Assembly (NCBI RefSeq): GCF_004010195.1
Contig: NC_057750.1
Span: 3,096,761 to 3,160,760, forward strand
Length of the DNA: 64,000 nt
Direction of reading: 5' to 3'
Origin: Chiloscyllium plagiosum
Taxonomy: Eukaryota
The notes under the pieces are model-generated. The model did no database searches. It saw only the letters and a program-made list of their open reading frames with translations, and was not told the origin of the DNA. Both the position numbers and the translations under genes were made by a program. Shown piece after piece: positions 39,812-54,400 of this stretch (positions are counted from its first letter, which is position 1; each line of letters begins with the position of its first letter).

Positions 39812-40860
39812 CAAGTCACGGAGATGTACAGCATGGAAACAGACCCTTTGGTCGAACCTGTCCATGCCGACCAGATATCCCAACCCAATCTAGTCACACC
39901 TGCCAGCACCCAGCCCATATCCCTCCAAACCCTTCCTATTCATATACCCATCCAAATGCCTCTTAAATGTTGCAATTGTACCAGCCTCCACCACTTCCTC
40001 TGGCAGCTCATTCCATACACGTACCACTCTGTGAAAAAGTTGCCCCTTAGGTCTCTTTTATATCTTACCCCTCTCACCCTAAACCTATGCCCTCTAGGTC
40101 TGGATTCCCCCACTCCAGGGAAGAAACTTTGTCTATTTATCCTATCCATGCCCCTCAAATTTGTAAACCTCTATAAAAGTCAGCCCTCAGCCTCCGACGC
40201 TCCAGGGAAAACAGCCCCAGCCTGTTCAGCCTCTCCCTGTAGCTCAGATCCTCCAACCCTGGCAACATCCTCGTAAATCTTTTCTGAACCCTTTCAAGTT
40301 TCTCAACATCTTTCCGATAGGAAGGAGACCAGAATTGCAAGCAATATTCCAACAGCGGCCTAACTAATGTCCTGTACAGCAGCAACATAACCTCCCAGCT
40401 CCTCTACTCGATACTCTGACCAATAAAGGTAGCATACCAAAGGCCTTCATCACTATCCTATCTACCTGTGATTCCACTTTCAAGGAGCTATGAACCTGCA
40501 CTCCAAGGTCTCTTTGTTCAGTAACACTCCCTAGGACCTTACCATTAAGGTGTATAAGTCCTGCTAAGATTTGCTTTCCCAAAATGCAGCACTTCGCATT
40601 TATCTGAATTAAACTCCATCTGCCACTCCTCAGCCCATTGGCCCATCTGGTCCAGATCCTGTTGTAATCTGAGGTAACCCTCTTCGCTGTCCATTACACC
40701 TCCAATTTTGGTGTCACCTGCAAACTTACTAAGTAGAGGGCCCAGAACCGATCCTTGTGGCACTCCACTGGTCACAGGCCTCCAATCTGAAAAACAACCC
40801 TCCACCACCACCCTCTGTCTTCCACCTTTGAGCCAGTTCTGTATCCAAATGGCTAGTTCT
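39812..40860 (-). mobile_element. CR1 (HER1-like) 5'-truncated copy
   Basis: GVPQGSVLGPLL, LEYCLQFWSP, 3' UTR matching about 3200-3340. Confidence 0.92.
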
Positions 40861-41619
40861 CCCGGTCCTCAAAAGGCAGTCAGCCAAATATCTTGGATAC
40901 TGCAGATTCTGAAGTTTTTCCTGACTTTTGAAAGTATATTTAAAAAATGACCTGGCTCTTAAGATTGAGCAAGGGCAACGCTAAGCTCCATGTGGATAAG
41001 ACAGCTAAATTCAAAAATGAAAATGTAAACAAATTCAAATCAAGACAACACTACTAACATTTGAATCAAGTGTGGATCAAAGAGAGGAGATCACAGCTTG
41101 GTTTGAAAGGATAGACTAGAATACAAAGCCAAATTTCCCTTCCCAGAAAAGTGATTTTAGATATTCACATTGTTCACATCCCATTAGCATGAGCAAAGAA
41201 ACTTCCTCCTGCAAAGACAAACTTTGCAGCCTCTTTCCCCTCAAATCTAATCTTTTAAAAAAATTGTCAGTTTGCATAACATTAAATGTTTATCTAAAGT
41301 TCAGTCTCTTACACAGGCATTGATATTCAACTCTTGTTTCATCAAGTAATGTTTTAAAAACTTGTGTCAGCCACACCTAGTGGACAGTTAAAATACAGAT
41401 TAAAAACAAGGCAGGGAATTTTAGTTATTCATAGGATTCTATACATTGCAAGTTCCCACAGAAAGTGGAGTGTTCAGAAAACCTAAACATAGCATTTTTT
41501 TCACAAAATCAAATCCTTATAACTAAATAGCACTTTAAACAGCGAGAAAAAAAGTCAGAGACATCACGTTTGAAGAAACAAAAACCTCAAATTTTAGTCC
41601 AGAAAATACTTGACTTTTG

Positions 41620-43000
41620 ATCCAAAGGAATGTGCGTGGATGCATTAGGTTGTAATTTTTCTGAAGTCTTGAGATTCTGTAGTGGCAGAGGATTGAAAAA
41701 CCACAAGACATCCTTATTCAAAAAGGGAAGAGGCAAAGGCAGGTAACTAAAGCCTGTTATAGCCTAATATTTATTGTTGGACAAATATTGGAATCAATTA
41801 AGTAGTAATGGCAGAACATTTGGGAAAAAAAAATCAATATTATCTAGCAGATCAGCATGGTTTCAAAAAAGGAAAATGTGTCTTGCTAATTTGAGTTTTG
41901 AGTTAGTCTCAGCGGAAAGTGGGGAGCCAGTAGATGTTGGGGAACGTGGACTTCCCAAAAGCATTCAACGATGTAGCTCATGGAAGGTTAAAGCATAAAA
42001 TGAGCGCCCATGGTGTTAGCAACAGTATACCTGTATTGGCACATGTAAAGGATTGGCTAATGGGCAGGAAGCTGAGTGGGAATAAGGGATCCCGCTTCAG
42101 GTTGATAACCTGTAAATCAACACAGGGACCACAACTGTTTACAGCATACGTAGTGACTTGGAGGAAGGAAGAAAGTAAATGCACTATCGCCAAACTTCCA
42201 GTCAAGACAAAAATAGGTGGAAAGGCAGGTTGTGGGACTGCTACAAACAGTTTACAGAGAGATATTGGTAGTTTTAAAAAGTTGGCAAATACAGTATAAT
42301 GTGGGATATAATGTTCACTCCTTCAAAGTGAGCAAATTCAAAGAACAGTATTACTTAAAAAAAGTTGCAAGCTGAAACAAAAAGGGACTGAGGGATAATG
42401 GAAGGCGGATGCGTATTTAAAACGGGCGCAGGAGTATAAAAGTAGAGACGTCTTACTGAAACCATACCAGGTATTCACTTAGAGTACTGAAAGCAGTTTT
42501 GGTTTCATTTAGGGAAACATATCATTTCACTGGAGGCAGATCAGCGAAGTTTCACTACGGTGATCCTTGGTATGGAGGGATTATCTTAAATGAGAAAAAG
42601 GCTAAACAGGTTGGGAAGTGAAATGACCTAATTGAAACAAAGATTCTTAAAAGGTTTGACAAGGTAAATGCTGACATGATGCCCCCCTCAAGGGAGTGTC
42701 TAGGACCCCCAGAGGGCATAGTCTCAGAATGAAGGGGCATCAATTTAAGACTTAAGAATTTCTTCAAGACTGTTTGGAACTCCTTGTCACAAAGGAGTGT
42801 GTTTGTTTTGGGAGGGGGAGGGAGGCAGGCAGGCAAAGTCCTTGCATATATTTAAGGCTGAATTAGATTCTTGATCAGCAGGAGAATTAAAAATTACAGG
42901 GAAAATGCAGGAAAGCAGACCAGAGGAATGTCAGATCAGTCACAATCCTACTGAATGGTATAGCAGATTCAAGGGACAAATGTTCATATTCGTTATGGTT
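41620..43000 (+). mobile_element. old CR1-like LINE remnant
   Basis: DFPKAFNDVAHGRL, LQRDI and TKIGG fragments. Confidence 0.7.
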
Positions 43001-43240
43001 TAAGTGACATAATGAATAGAAATTTCAATAAGTTACCTTTTCCTCAAAACTTCATAAGCCAATATTTACATAATGGAGAGCAGGTTGCACAGTTCAAAAC
43101 AGAAAACGTATAATATTTAGTGATACGTGTACAAGTACAAAATAGTCATTAAACCCAACTCTTTCCAGCCAAGAGACAATAAGGAGCACTAAAATGTTCC
43201 TACACTTCTAGCATAAACGTGATTCTGTGAAAAAGCAGTT

Positions 43241-43548
43241 AGATTAGATTACTTAGAGTGTGGAAACAGGCCCTTCGGCCTAACAAGTCTACACCGACCC
43301 GCCGAAGCACAACCCACCCAGACCCATTCCCCTACATTTACCCCTTCACCTAACACTACGGGCAATTTAGCATGGCCAATTCACCTAACCTGCACATTTT
43401 TGGGCTGTGGGAGGAAACCTGGAGGAAACCCACGCAGACATGGGGAGAATGTGCAAACTCCCCACCGTCAGTCACCTGAGGTGGGAATTGAACCTGGGTC
43501 TCTGGCGCTGAGGCAACAGTGCTAACCACTGTGCCACCGTGCCGCCCA
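43241..43548 (-). mobile_element. V-SINE (HE1-like)
   Basis: head gggcggcacggtggcacagtggttagc...caggttcaattcc; tail gaagggcctgtttccacac. Confidence 0.9.
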
Positions 43549-44264
43549 CTAGGAATCCCACTTTCAAATAGTTCAGTCACTCAAGATCATCCACAAGATT
43601 AATAATTGCAATCTAGTGCAGTGATGACTCATGCATTAGAAAGTTACAATGCAACTTCTCCATGTGACAAATGTACTTTTCAAATGTAGTCTGCATTTTG
43701 TTTAGTACATTCACAGGGACCAAGGAAAAAAACTTCCACAGCTACCTATTTTGTTAATTAATTAGCATATTTCAAGTTTCATAACCTCCCAGGTTCTTCA
43801 GAACAGTGGATTCAATAAAAAGGAACCAAGTGGTTTTAAAAAACACTACCAGATTTCTTAAACATTCAGCTTTACTCTTTAATTTCTCAAAGAAACAAGC
43901 TCCCTCTTGAGCAAATTAAGACGAGTGCTCCTTCTGCCTTTGATCATCAAGAGTATGAGATTTCAGAAACTGGAAACCTGGTTCAGACATCCACAAGGAG
44001 CACAGGCTCTCCTGGAAAGGTTACAAATTAGTCGTCTAAGAGTGACAGGACAAGAGCAACAATGGGAAACTGCTATGATAGTTTATTATCAATGCTCTTG
44101 GGTTCTACTAATATTACTATTGTATTTTTTCATTTCATTACAAAATCAGAGACAATAAATGAGAAAAGCTGAATGATAAACATCCCATTTAAAACAGAGA
44201 TTTAATGCGAATGTCAACCGTCGAGCCAATTTTAATGAGCGTAATCTTACATTTTATGCAACGT

Positions 44265-44390
44265 CCCCGATTAAAGGAATATGCCCAAAATATTGACCCT
44301 CCTGCTCCTTGGATGCTGTCTGACCTGCTCTGCCTTTCCAGCACCACACTCTTCCGACTCCGATCTCCAGCATCTGCAGTCCTCACTTCC
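44265..44390 (+). mobile_element. family-B pLTR fragment
   Basis: ctcctgctccttggatgctg...gatctccagcatctgcagtcctcactt. Confidence 0.75.
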
Positions 44391-44638
44391 CCCAACATGG
44401 CTTCCTAACAATCAGCCACTGGTTTTAAAAATGTCACCTAGCAGTACATCACACTGCCATTTCAAGTTGTGCACTGCAAAAGACCTCATGTATCATAAAC
44501 TAATTGGATTAGTCTCATATTTAGAACCTTTCAATCCCATGACCACTTAAAGACAACAGTGTATTCAGCCTCTCCCTATAGTTCAAACCCTGGCAACATC
44601 AAGTCTTTTCTGAACCCTTTCAAGTTTCAGAACATCCT

Positions 44639-45090
44639 GTTGAGGTTCTGTTCACTGAGCTGGGAATGTGCGTTGCAAACGTTTCGTCCCCTGTCTAGGT
44701 GACATCCTCAGTGCTTGGGAGCCTCCTGAGAAACGCTTCTGTGATGTTTCCTCCAGCATTTAGTGGTTTGTCTCTGCTGCTTCTGGTTGTCAATTCCAGC
44801 TGTCCGCTGCAGTGGCCGGTATATTGGGTCCAGGTCATGTGTTATCAACAAACACATCGACCTGGACCCAATATACTGGCCACGGCAGTTGACAGCTGGA
44901 ACTGACAACCGGAAGCGGCAAAGACAAACCACTATAAATGCCGGAGGAAACATCACAGAAGCACTTCACAGGAGGCTCCCAAGCACTGAGGATGTTACCT
45001 AGACAGGGGACGAAACGTCTGCAACATAAATTCCCAGCTTGGTGAACAGAACCACAACACGAGCACCCAAGCTACAAATCTTCTCTCAAA
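44639..45090. mobile_element. family-A PLE fold-back with an HHR core on each arm
   Basis: TSD ttcagaacatcct at 44626-44638 and 45091-45103; HHRs at 44675-44714 (-) and 44983-45022 (+). Confidence 0.88.
44983..45022 (+). ncRNA. minimal hammerhead motif (family A)
   Basis: gca-CUGAGGA-u-guuaccu-agac-aggggac-GAAAC-GUC-ugc. Confidence 0.75.
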
Positions 45091-45428
45091 TTCAGAACAT
45101 CCTTTCTGGATCAGGGTGACCAGAATTGCATGCAGTATGCCAAAAGTGGCCTCAATACCCTATACAGCCACAACATGACCTCCCAACTCTTATACCCAAT
45201 GTACTGACTGCCCTGGAAGTTTATAAGTTCATGTGGGCCACAGACAGGGGGAAACAAAGTCTTTTCCCTGGAGCGAGGGAGCCAAAACTGGAGGCTATAG
45301 GTTTAAGGTGAAGGAAAGATTTACAAAAGCGATCCAACAGGCAACTTTTTCATGCTAAGTGTGGTGAGTGTGCGGAATGAGCTGCTACAAGTGGTGGAGG
45401 CTGGTACAATTACAACACTTAAAACACA

Positions 45429-45546
45429 GCTCCCTGATGAAGGATAAGCACTCTGAAAGCCAGTACTTCCAAATAAACTAGGACTATAACCTGGTGTTGA
45501 GATTTTTAAACTTTGTCCACCATAGCTCATTACAGACATCTCCATG
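45429..45546 (+). mobile_element. family-C single pLTR with degenerate HHR
   Basis: cctgatgaaggataagcactctgaaagcca; flanked by acacttaaaacaca / acatttaaaaaacaca. Confidence 0.7.
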
Positions 45547-48019
45547 ACATTTAAAAAACACATCTGGATGGGCATGTGAATAGAAATGGTTGAGGAGGAT
45601 ATGAGCCAAAAGTTGGAAAGTGGAACTAGATTTATTTAGGATACCTGGTCGGCATGGAGGAGTTAGACTGAAGGGTCTATTTCAATGCAGTACAGCTCTG
45701 ACTATGACAGCAGATAGCAGATGCATGGGAACACGACCACCTATAACATCCCCTCCAAGCCACTCAGCACCTTGGCTTGAAAATATGGCTGGTCCTTCAT
45801 TTCACTGGGTCAAAATCCTGGAATTTGCTCTCCAACAGCACTGAGTCTACCTGCAGCACATGGTGATAGCCACCTTCAAGGGCAACTTGGGACAGACAAA
45901 TACTGGCCAAGCCAGCAACATCCACATCCTGAGTGAATAAAAACAAAGACCTCCAAAACAAAAAACTCACATTAGTCACCAAGCCACAGAAAAAGGCCAG
46001 TCCACTCAAAAAGAAAGCTCAGGCAGCAACTGTTTAAGTGAAAAGAGCTCATAAATGTGCAAAAACTCTGAATAACCTAATATTTGCAGTCAACGTTCAT
46101 CAACAAAAATCAGCATGTATGAGATCAAACATGCAGATTTTCTTGACTGCAAGAACCAACAATTAACTAAATTCTGGGCAAACCTTGTGTGAAATGTCAC
46201 CAAGAACACCCACAAATTGAGAGAGAGTTTGAGTATAAAAGAGAGAGGTGAAAATGGAAAAAAATAAGTGAAAAATGTGCAAATAAGGTGGTTAGGTTCG
46301 GGTGTAAGCCAAATTCCCTTATTAAAATACAACGCCATTGGGTAGGTTCACAGAACTCTACCCTAAAATTAATAACCTGTGCATAATCCTGATACTTGGT
46401 GATGAAAAGTAATATATTTTCAAAACAGTTCAATTCTTTTTCCAGACCTAATTCAGGTATGTCACATATGTTGAAAAAAGTTATTTGCTTTAGTGACTAG
46501 TGTTTAATTTAATTGAAATCATTGTACATCTTCAAAATATTACTGGAAACTGACAAACTTCATAAATCAGATCTTGCACAAAATTAACAATCTAACTTCA
46601 GCCATCTTTAAAGATTTTACTGGTATTGAAAAATAGAGTCAGAGATGTCCAGTTGAAAGTTGTAGGACCTGACCAGGTGAAGTCAGTTTTTAAACTATTC
46701 TCTTTTCCATTAGCCTATTAAAAGGTGGTGAAAAGGGTTAGAAACGTCAACATTTGTAAAAGACAAGTGTTTAAGAGACTTGCATTCACAAAACAGTGGT
46801 GTTTCTTCAGTATTCAGTGTTCACAATGGAGGGTTTTTTCTTACCACTTTAGACAAGATTCAAACTACACAACACTAACTAGATCCTTTGGCAACCTAGC
46901 CTGCTGTACAGGTTGTAATATGGTTTTCTGGCATGTTTCCCCATTTAACTGCACTTTGAACTATTCCCCGAATATGCCAAAGAACTTTCAACATTCCACT
47001 GAAGGAACTACCCTCCGTTTGAAATTCTTTGCGTACTGAACCAACCAGATTCTTTGAATCATTTCACTTGTACAAAAAAAGAAAGAAAAAAATGATAATG
47101 TAGAATTGTAATTGTAGAATTTTTATGCTCAGAGAACCGAAGAACCCTGTCTACTTGCATGTCATTACACATTTTAACACAAGATCTTGATCATATTCTG
47201 AACATTAAAAGACTACGCCATGATGGAATAAAACCAAGTGTGAGGACTTTTGTAGTTAAAAAGTTGCACTGTGTGAATAGATGTCTCAGTTCAATTTAAG
47301 CTTAGTGACATCTGAATAGTGAAAAAAATTCGATTAAGAATATCCATTTATTTTCAATACACACCTAAAGCACTTCAAAAGCAACTGTCAAAACACTAAA
47401 TCATCTTATATCTATTGACAATGCTTCCAGCCAAATGTAATTCACCTGAATTTACTTGGAAGGCAGTTCCATGTTTTGGTCCTCAAAGGCAATTAATTAC
47501 ATACTGCTACATGATAAAAGTGCAATACAATAATACATTAAGTTCACATTGTTATGTATTTATTACCTCCTTAACTATAACCACTGGCATACAAAGTTTG
47601 GAAATTAAATCTAAACCAGCCATTTCATTCAAATTAATAGGCATGTTGACCCAAGTGCACAGATGGCAGCCCATTAGTGATAACTGAATGTATAATTTTA
47701 CCTTTTTTCTAGAAAATGGTACATGACACTTTCAAACAAGTGTCTACAATCCATTTTGCTCCAGTTATCCAGAGTAAGAGTCCAAACGACAATCAGCTTG
47801 CCTGCCTACATAAGAATAATGGAAAACCTCTTTCCTCCCTATCAAGTACTTTTGCAACTTATAAAGAAGTGTTACAACAGACTACTGCACCAAGACTGCC
47901 CCAGTCATGTTGAAGATTCAGGGTTCAGGGATCATTTCAAATTCCGTTTAGCCTAAACTTTTAGAACATGACAATCTTATTCCACAGTCCTCACCCATTA
48001 ACAGAAAAGACTAAATAGA

Positions 48020-48180
48020 TGATAGTTGAGTGTGGGGTGCTGGAAAAGCATAGCAGGTCAAGGGGAATCAGGGGGAGCAGGAAATCTATGTTTCCAGCAT
48101 AACCCCCTCATCAGGAATGAGGCTTGTGGACCAGGCAGCTGAGAGATAAATGGAAGGGGAGGGGAGATAGCTGAGAAAGT
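48020..48180 (-). mobile_element. family-B pLTR fragment
   Basis: gtgctggaaaagcatagcaggtca...ccctcatcaggaatga. Confidence 0.65.
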
Positions 48181-50792
48181 CAATGTCTGGATATTTAGTG
48201 TAAACTTTTTAACCCTGTAAGACAAATTATTGACGAGGCCTGTGTACTAACGGAATAGCTCCAGTTAAGCAGCAAACATTTCCTATTAAGGCAGAAAAAT
48301 CCAAAGTATTTAGTGGAGAAATCCTGCTAATAGCTCCGCTGTGTCTCAGTGGCAACAGTTCAGAAAAATGTTGGACAAAAGGTGACAGGCTGCATTGGAA
48401 CATTGAGGAAATAACATTTCACAAATTCCTGGCAATGACATCTTGGTGCCGGTTAGTTTTTTCAGCAAAACTATATAAATGCATTATTTGGTACCTTACC
48501 AGACTAAGCTAAGTAGAATGTCAAACAGTAAATCACTGTTCCTTCATCATACCACTATTTCTGGAATTTGACCACAATATGCATTTGCTACACACATAAA
48601 GGAATGCGGCTTCAGCAAAAGTCAGGAACAAACTGAAAACTGTCCACTGAAAAGATACAAGGAAAACTTGTACCTCCATGTCTTCCTTATCAATTAGTTT
48701 AGCAATAGAAAAAGGGTCAATTTAAGGAGGTACAGTAGAGGGGGACTTAAGTCATATGTCATTGAATTTGGCAGGAGAAGCCGAGCACAACTGTAGCATA
48801 TTATCCTCAGCTTTAATGAAGACAGAATACAAGGAGGAAGAAGTAGTGCTAAAACACTTTCAGCCTCAACTGGAGTATTCGGGGCACCACACTTTAGGAA
48901 AGTGTCAAGATATCAGAAGAATTGCAGAAGGAAAAATAAATCACAAAACAGTTCCAAGGATAAGGAACTTCAGTTACAAGACATATGTTTTCTTTGAAGA
49001 GAAGGCTAAAAAGGAGATTTAACAGAGGCATTCAAAAATCCGAGACAATTGGACAAAGTAGATGGAGGAAACGGCTCCGGATCAAAAGAACACTTTTTAA
49101 AATGTATCTGCATTCCTCCTTTTGCCAATTACAAGATGACCCCTTTCCCCACAATGTTGGTTAGATCTGGACTGCACTGCAAGGTGTGGTAAAGGCAGTT
49201 CAATCAAGGCTTTCAAAAAGAGCACGAGATCATCTGAAAAATGAATACACCGTTTCCAGGGAAAAAATTGGGAACAGCATGAAGAGAATTTAACCCTTGG
49301 ACAGTCAATGCAAGCACGAGCCAGTTTGCCTTGTTTTATGCTTTCACAGCTCTGATTCCGTAAACCTAACTCCATCTGAAATACTTTTACTGAACCATGA
49401 GCAAATCCACAAAAAAGCTGGACCATAGAGGTTTACACCAACTGCAAAAATCTTAATGAAAACTATACCACTACCATCTAGAAGAACAATGACAACAAAG
49501 ACATGACAACTTCACTGCAAGTGTCTCTCCATGTTACTAATTTGTTATAATCGCCTTTCAAAATCCTGAAACATCCTCCCCAATGGCTTTGTAGGTATAT
49601 TCACATCAAATGGACTGTAGTGGTCCAAAGACAGCAGTTCACTACTACACTCTCAAGATGGGCAATAAATTCTGGACTAGTCAGCAACCACCACTTTCCA
49701 TGAGTGAATTAAAAAAAAATGTGATGCTAACATATGTTTCAAAGTATGAATGTGCACATTTCCTATCCCTGGGAAGCAGTTACTTTTATTAGTTAATCTA
49801 CAGCCAGTATCTTGGGAGGGGGCAGAAGAGAAAGATTTCTCAAGAAACCATTTAAGAAAAATGAGATTCCTGAAGTGAACTGCATCCAATAGCACAAATC
49901 AAAAAATTAAGCAATATCTAAAAAAAAAAGTGAGATTTCAAACAAAGCTGTTAAACCACATTCCTTTAGACCTGTAAAATTGTCAAAATTAAAATGCAGA
50001 TTTGGGAGCTACAAAACAAAAGATGTACAGGGAGAGGTAAAAAAACTGATGATCATCTCAAAAATCCAAGAAAGAATGAAACAAAAAAAACTATACAGAG
50101 ACTTGCTAACTAATTAAAATAACTGAATAGAACTCAGTAAGAGGGATGTGCAATGTACCGCTCTCAGAATCTGAGAGATCAAGTTCCTGAAGGAGCAAGT
50201 ATTGAAATTCAATCTAGTAGATTATCTAGTTGAGAGAAAGACACTTAGCTTGGCTTTCATGCTAAATGCCATGTATTAAAAAGCCATTTTGATATACAGA
50301 TAGCTTTTAGTTCATCTAAAATTTAGAAGCTAGGTGAAGTGCGTTCAATATCTTGGTCCAAAATAATCATTGCCTGAGTGGTAGCTGGATAGCTACAATG
50401 CTGTCTAGTTAATGTAATCCATAGGCAAAAACACCACTTGCTCAAAATGTGAAAACTTAAGAAAATGCAGAGTCTGGAATGATCACATTGCTAAGTCAGT
50501 TCAGTGATCTGTACATGTCTTGGAAGCGAGTGAATTGAAACATCCAAAAGCCAAGCTAGTAAATATCTGTATGTTTAATTATGCTGGCAGAAATAGAGTT
50601 TACTAGATAAAAAGAACATCCAAATCAACCAGATGACATATAGTACCTCTGCTATCTGAGCTAGCTTGAGTTGATTATACCAAAATTTGGTTTCAAGTAA
50701 GTTAAAACTGATCATACACACGTTTCATTCTATAAGAAAAAAAGAATAGCAGTACATTTGGCTCCTTGAATCTGCTCTATGATTTAACCACT

Positions 50793-51480
50793 CATGTGTA
50801 CAGCATGGAAATAGACTGTTTGGTTCAACTTGTCCATGCCAAGCAGATATCCTAAACTAATCTAGTCCCATTTGCCCATATCCCTCTGAACACTTCCTAT
50901 TCAGATGACTTCTAATGATGCAATTGCACCAGCCTTCTCCATTTCCTCTGGCTGCTCATTCCACACAGGCACCACCCTCTGCATGAAAATATTACCTCTT
51001 ATGTCCCTTTTAAATCTTTCCACTCTCACCCTAAACCTATGCCCTCTAGTTTTGGACTCCCCTACCCCAGGGAAAAAAGGGACCTTGTCTATTTACCCAC
51101 TCCATGCCCACAATTTCATAAGCCTCTGTGAAGGTCACCCCTCAGCCACTGATGCTCCAGGGAAAACAGCCTCTTTCCCTATAGTTCAAACCCTCCAACC
51201 CTAGCAACATTCTTGCAAATCTTTTCTGAACCCTTTCAAGTTTCACAACATCCTTCCAATAGGATGAGACCAGAATTGCACATAGTATTCCAAAAGTGGC
51301 CTAATCAATGTCCTATACAGACATAACATTATCTCCCAACTCCTATACTTGATGCTCTGACCAATAAAAGGAAAGCATACCAAATGCCTTCTTCACTATC
51401 CTATTTGTGGTGTCACCTTCAAGGAACTATAAAGCTGCACTCCAAGGTCTCGATTCAGCAACACTCCCCAGGACCTTGCT
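50793..51480 (-). mobile_element. CR1 3' fragment
   Basis: similar to about 39820-40540. Confidence 0.85.
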
Positions 51481-54400
51481 ATTTATCACCCACGCCAATT
51501 CGCCCTTTATTCCTTGATCAAGAATCTCTCTCAGCCTTAAACTATACACAATGACTCTGCCCCCACTGCTGTGGCATGGACTTCCCAAAAAAAAGTCTCT
51601 AGGAGGAATTCCTCATGACTTAAATTGGCAGCCCTTTATTTTGAGGCTATTATTATGGACCAGACATCCTCAAAAATGTTAAAAGGTGATGACTTAGTCT
51701 GTAACTTTCTTATTTTCTAGATGTTCTAGATGCATGGCCACTTGTTAGTCTACACAATGTTAATCAAAACAACGGAAACAGTATAGTTAAAATACAATAG
51801 GAATTTAGAACAATATAGCTTAATTGGAAAACTTAACAGAATAGATACAGTAACTATTACTGATTAACTATCTCAATGTAGTAACAGTCCCAAACAAGTG
51901 CTTTGGCAAAAAGGCAATTTTAGAAATTCTGTCTCTGGTTGCAGCAGAGAGAAAAAAATAAGTGAACTAAAACTAAAATCTAGAAATCCTGATCGGAGAG
52001 CTGGCCACACCCATCCAGACTGCTTCTATTGTTCCAGCCTCAAGCTGTTTACTTTCCTGGCATTCCAACTAGACAGCTCTGTACCGGTCTTAAAACCTCT
52101 GCAAAAAGAAAAAGAGAAACCACACCATCATCACGAGACCCAAAAACATTAACTCTGGATCAGGTAGCATGCATGGAGAGAGCGCGCAAACAAACATTTC
52201 AAGTCTAAAATGATTCAGATGAAAGGTCAGAATAAGAACCTGAAAGAGCCATCTCAACTCAATGTTAGCTAGCTTTCTCTCTCCATAGATGGTGCCTGAC
52301 CCACTGATTTCCAGCATAGTTTTTAGTACAGATTCCAGCATCTGCACAATTTGCTCCAACATTAACTCTGCTTTCTCTCCATAGATGCTGAAAAGTGAGT
52401 TTCTCCAACGTTTTTTTTGTTTAACTTGCCTACTGTGGCAGACAGAATTTTTAAAAACATTTTATAGTGGAACAGTACAGAACTTTAGTATAGAGAATTT
52501 GTCGATGCAATTGCCTGGTACACTAGATAACAAGTTTAATATATGGTTATAAGCAAGTAGTTAGAAGGACAAATGGAATGTTGTTTATTACTAGGAAAAA
52601 ACAGGATGTTCTACTATAGTTATACAAGGAATTGGTGAACCACATCTGGTGGCGTTCTCTGCAGCATTTTGGTTTCTTATTTAATGCAACCCATTATTAT
52701 GTTAGAGGAGTTCAGAGACAAACATGTACCATAGGGGGTGATACCACGTTATAAAAAGGTTGGCAAGCTTGGACCTGTATACATTTAAGAATGAGAGGTA
52801 ATCTTATCTAAGGATGAGGAGGATGGGAGGGGAGACACGCGACAGGGTAGATGCTAAAAAGATGGCACCCTTAGGGAGAGTGACTACAGCAAGGAGTAAC
52901 AGCTTAAAAATAAGAGAACTTTGAGAATCATAAGTGTGTGGCATTATCTTCCCAAGGCAGTAGACAGCAAAGTAAAATGGAGGTCATACTCAGATCAACT
53001 AGAACAGGGTGGAGGGGCAAAACAGCCTACTCCTACTTCAGGAGCCACAGACTATCCTTTAAAAAAGTACTTTGAGGCAATAAAGTACTTTTTGAAGTGC
53101 AATTACTGTTGGAACACAAATGCAAAGTGTGTGAAGCAAGTTGCAACAAATACTAGATTTTAAATAATGCTGGATTGGAGAGAAACACTGACCAAGATAA
53201 TATGGATAACATCCACAGACTTCAACATTGCAAGGATGTAAAGATATGATGACAAACAGGCTGCTGGGTCAGCAGCTGAAGGTCACAAAATTCACTTTAG
53301 TATGGTACAGGAGTTTCAGTCTAGATTTTAGTGCCTGAAGCCTTAAAGCCACAACTTGAACCACAATCTTAAATTCTAGCAATGGTGCCAAATGAGGTAT
53401 AAATGATAAGCTCTATATTCTGAAAATAAGAGCTTAATTGACTCATGGCATCAGCCAAATTCATCAGCAAGAGCTTATATCTGGCTCAATGCAAAGTGCT
53501 ACTCTAACTTGAGCACAGTCAAGGGACTACGAGACAGAATGGTTCACAAAAGGAACGGTAACAAGTGTATGTGGGTCTCATCCATGTAGATGCCAAGCGG
53601 AAACTGTAGACAGAGACAAAAAGCTCAGAATAGCCTACTCACTGATCAAACTAATACATGGACAGTAGAAGTCAGGCACCCTCAGTCTTCATTCTTCTAA
53701 ATTTAATTAGTTACCAAAAAAAGTGGAAAATGTATCAGGATATGAATCCTTTCCTTCAACTACACTACAAACTAGAATAGATTGCATTCCTCAGATGATT
53801 TTTAACTAAAGAATCTGCACACATTTTCATCTCAAATACTGTATTGGAAACCTATTTCAAATACCAATCCATTATCCATCTTATAAACTCAGTATTGAAA
53901 TTTCAGAGGGACAAACATGTACTTTAAGGTCTACAACAGAGTTCAACAGGAACTTCAATCAGTATTTACCCTGGAGGTATCAACTTGAAGTTGCTGTACT
54001 TAAGATGTTTAACAGAAGGTTGTAATTTCAGGAGCAGAGCAATAAGTGAGTTTTTGTAGCATCTCAATGTTCATATCCCAAAAAGGTTAACTGAATATTC
54101 ATCACACTAGCAATTTTGTAAATTTGATTAGGCAAAGTTGGCAGAGAACATCTGTATACCAATCACCCAGGAAAAACAATTGCATAGTGGGTCATGTCAT
54201 TGGATAAGTAATCTAGAACCTCACACTAATTCTTTGACATTTTCAAATGATATCATGGCAGATAACAAAATTTAGACCATAAGACATGGGCAGAAATTAG
54301 GCATTCGGCTGATAGAGTTTACTCCACCATTCGATCATGGCTGATGGGGGCTGAAAAACCTATTTTCCCATATTCTCCCTGGGGCAATCAAGAACTTGAC

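Larger units (their letters stand above)
44561..45705. mobile_element. CR1 with 5' inversion, hosting two PLE insertions
   Basis: about 44561-45207 is antisense CR1 and about 45215-45705 is the sense 3' end. Confidence 0.75.

Noticed and set aside
43470..43548. tRNA gene (A and B boxes)
   Set aside because: This is a SINE head continuing into the V-domain and CR1-like tail, with no complete cloverleaf evident
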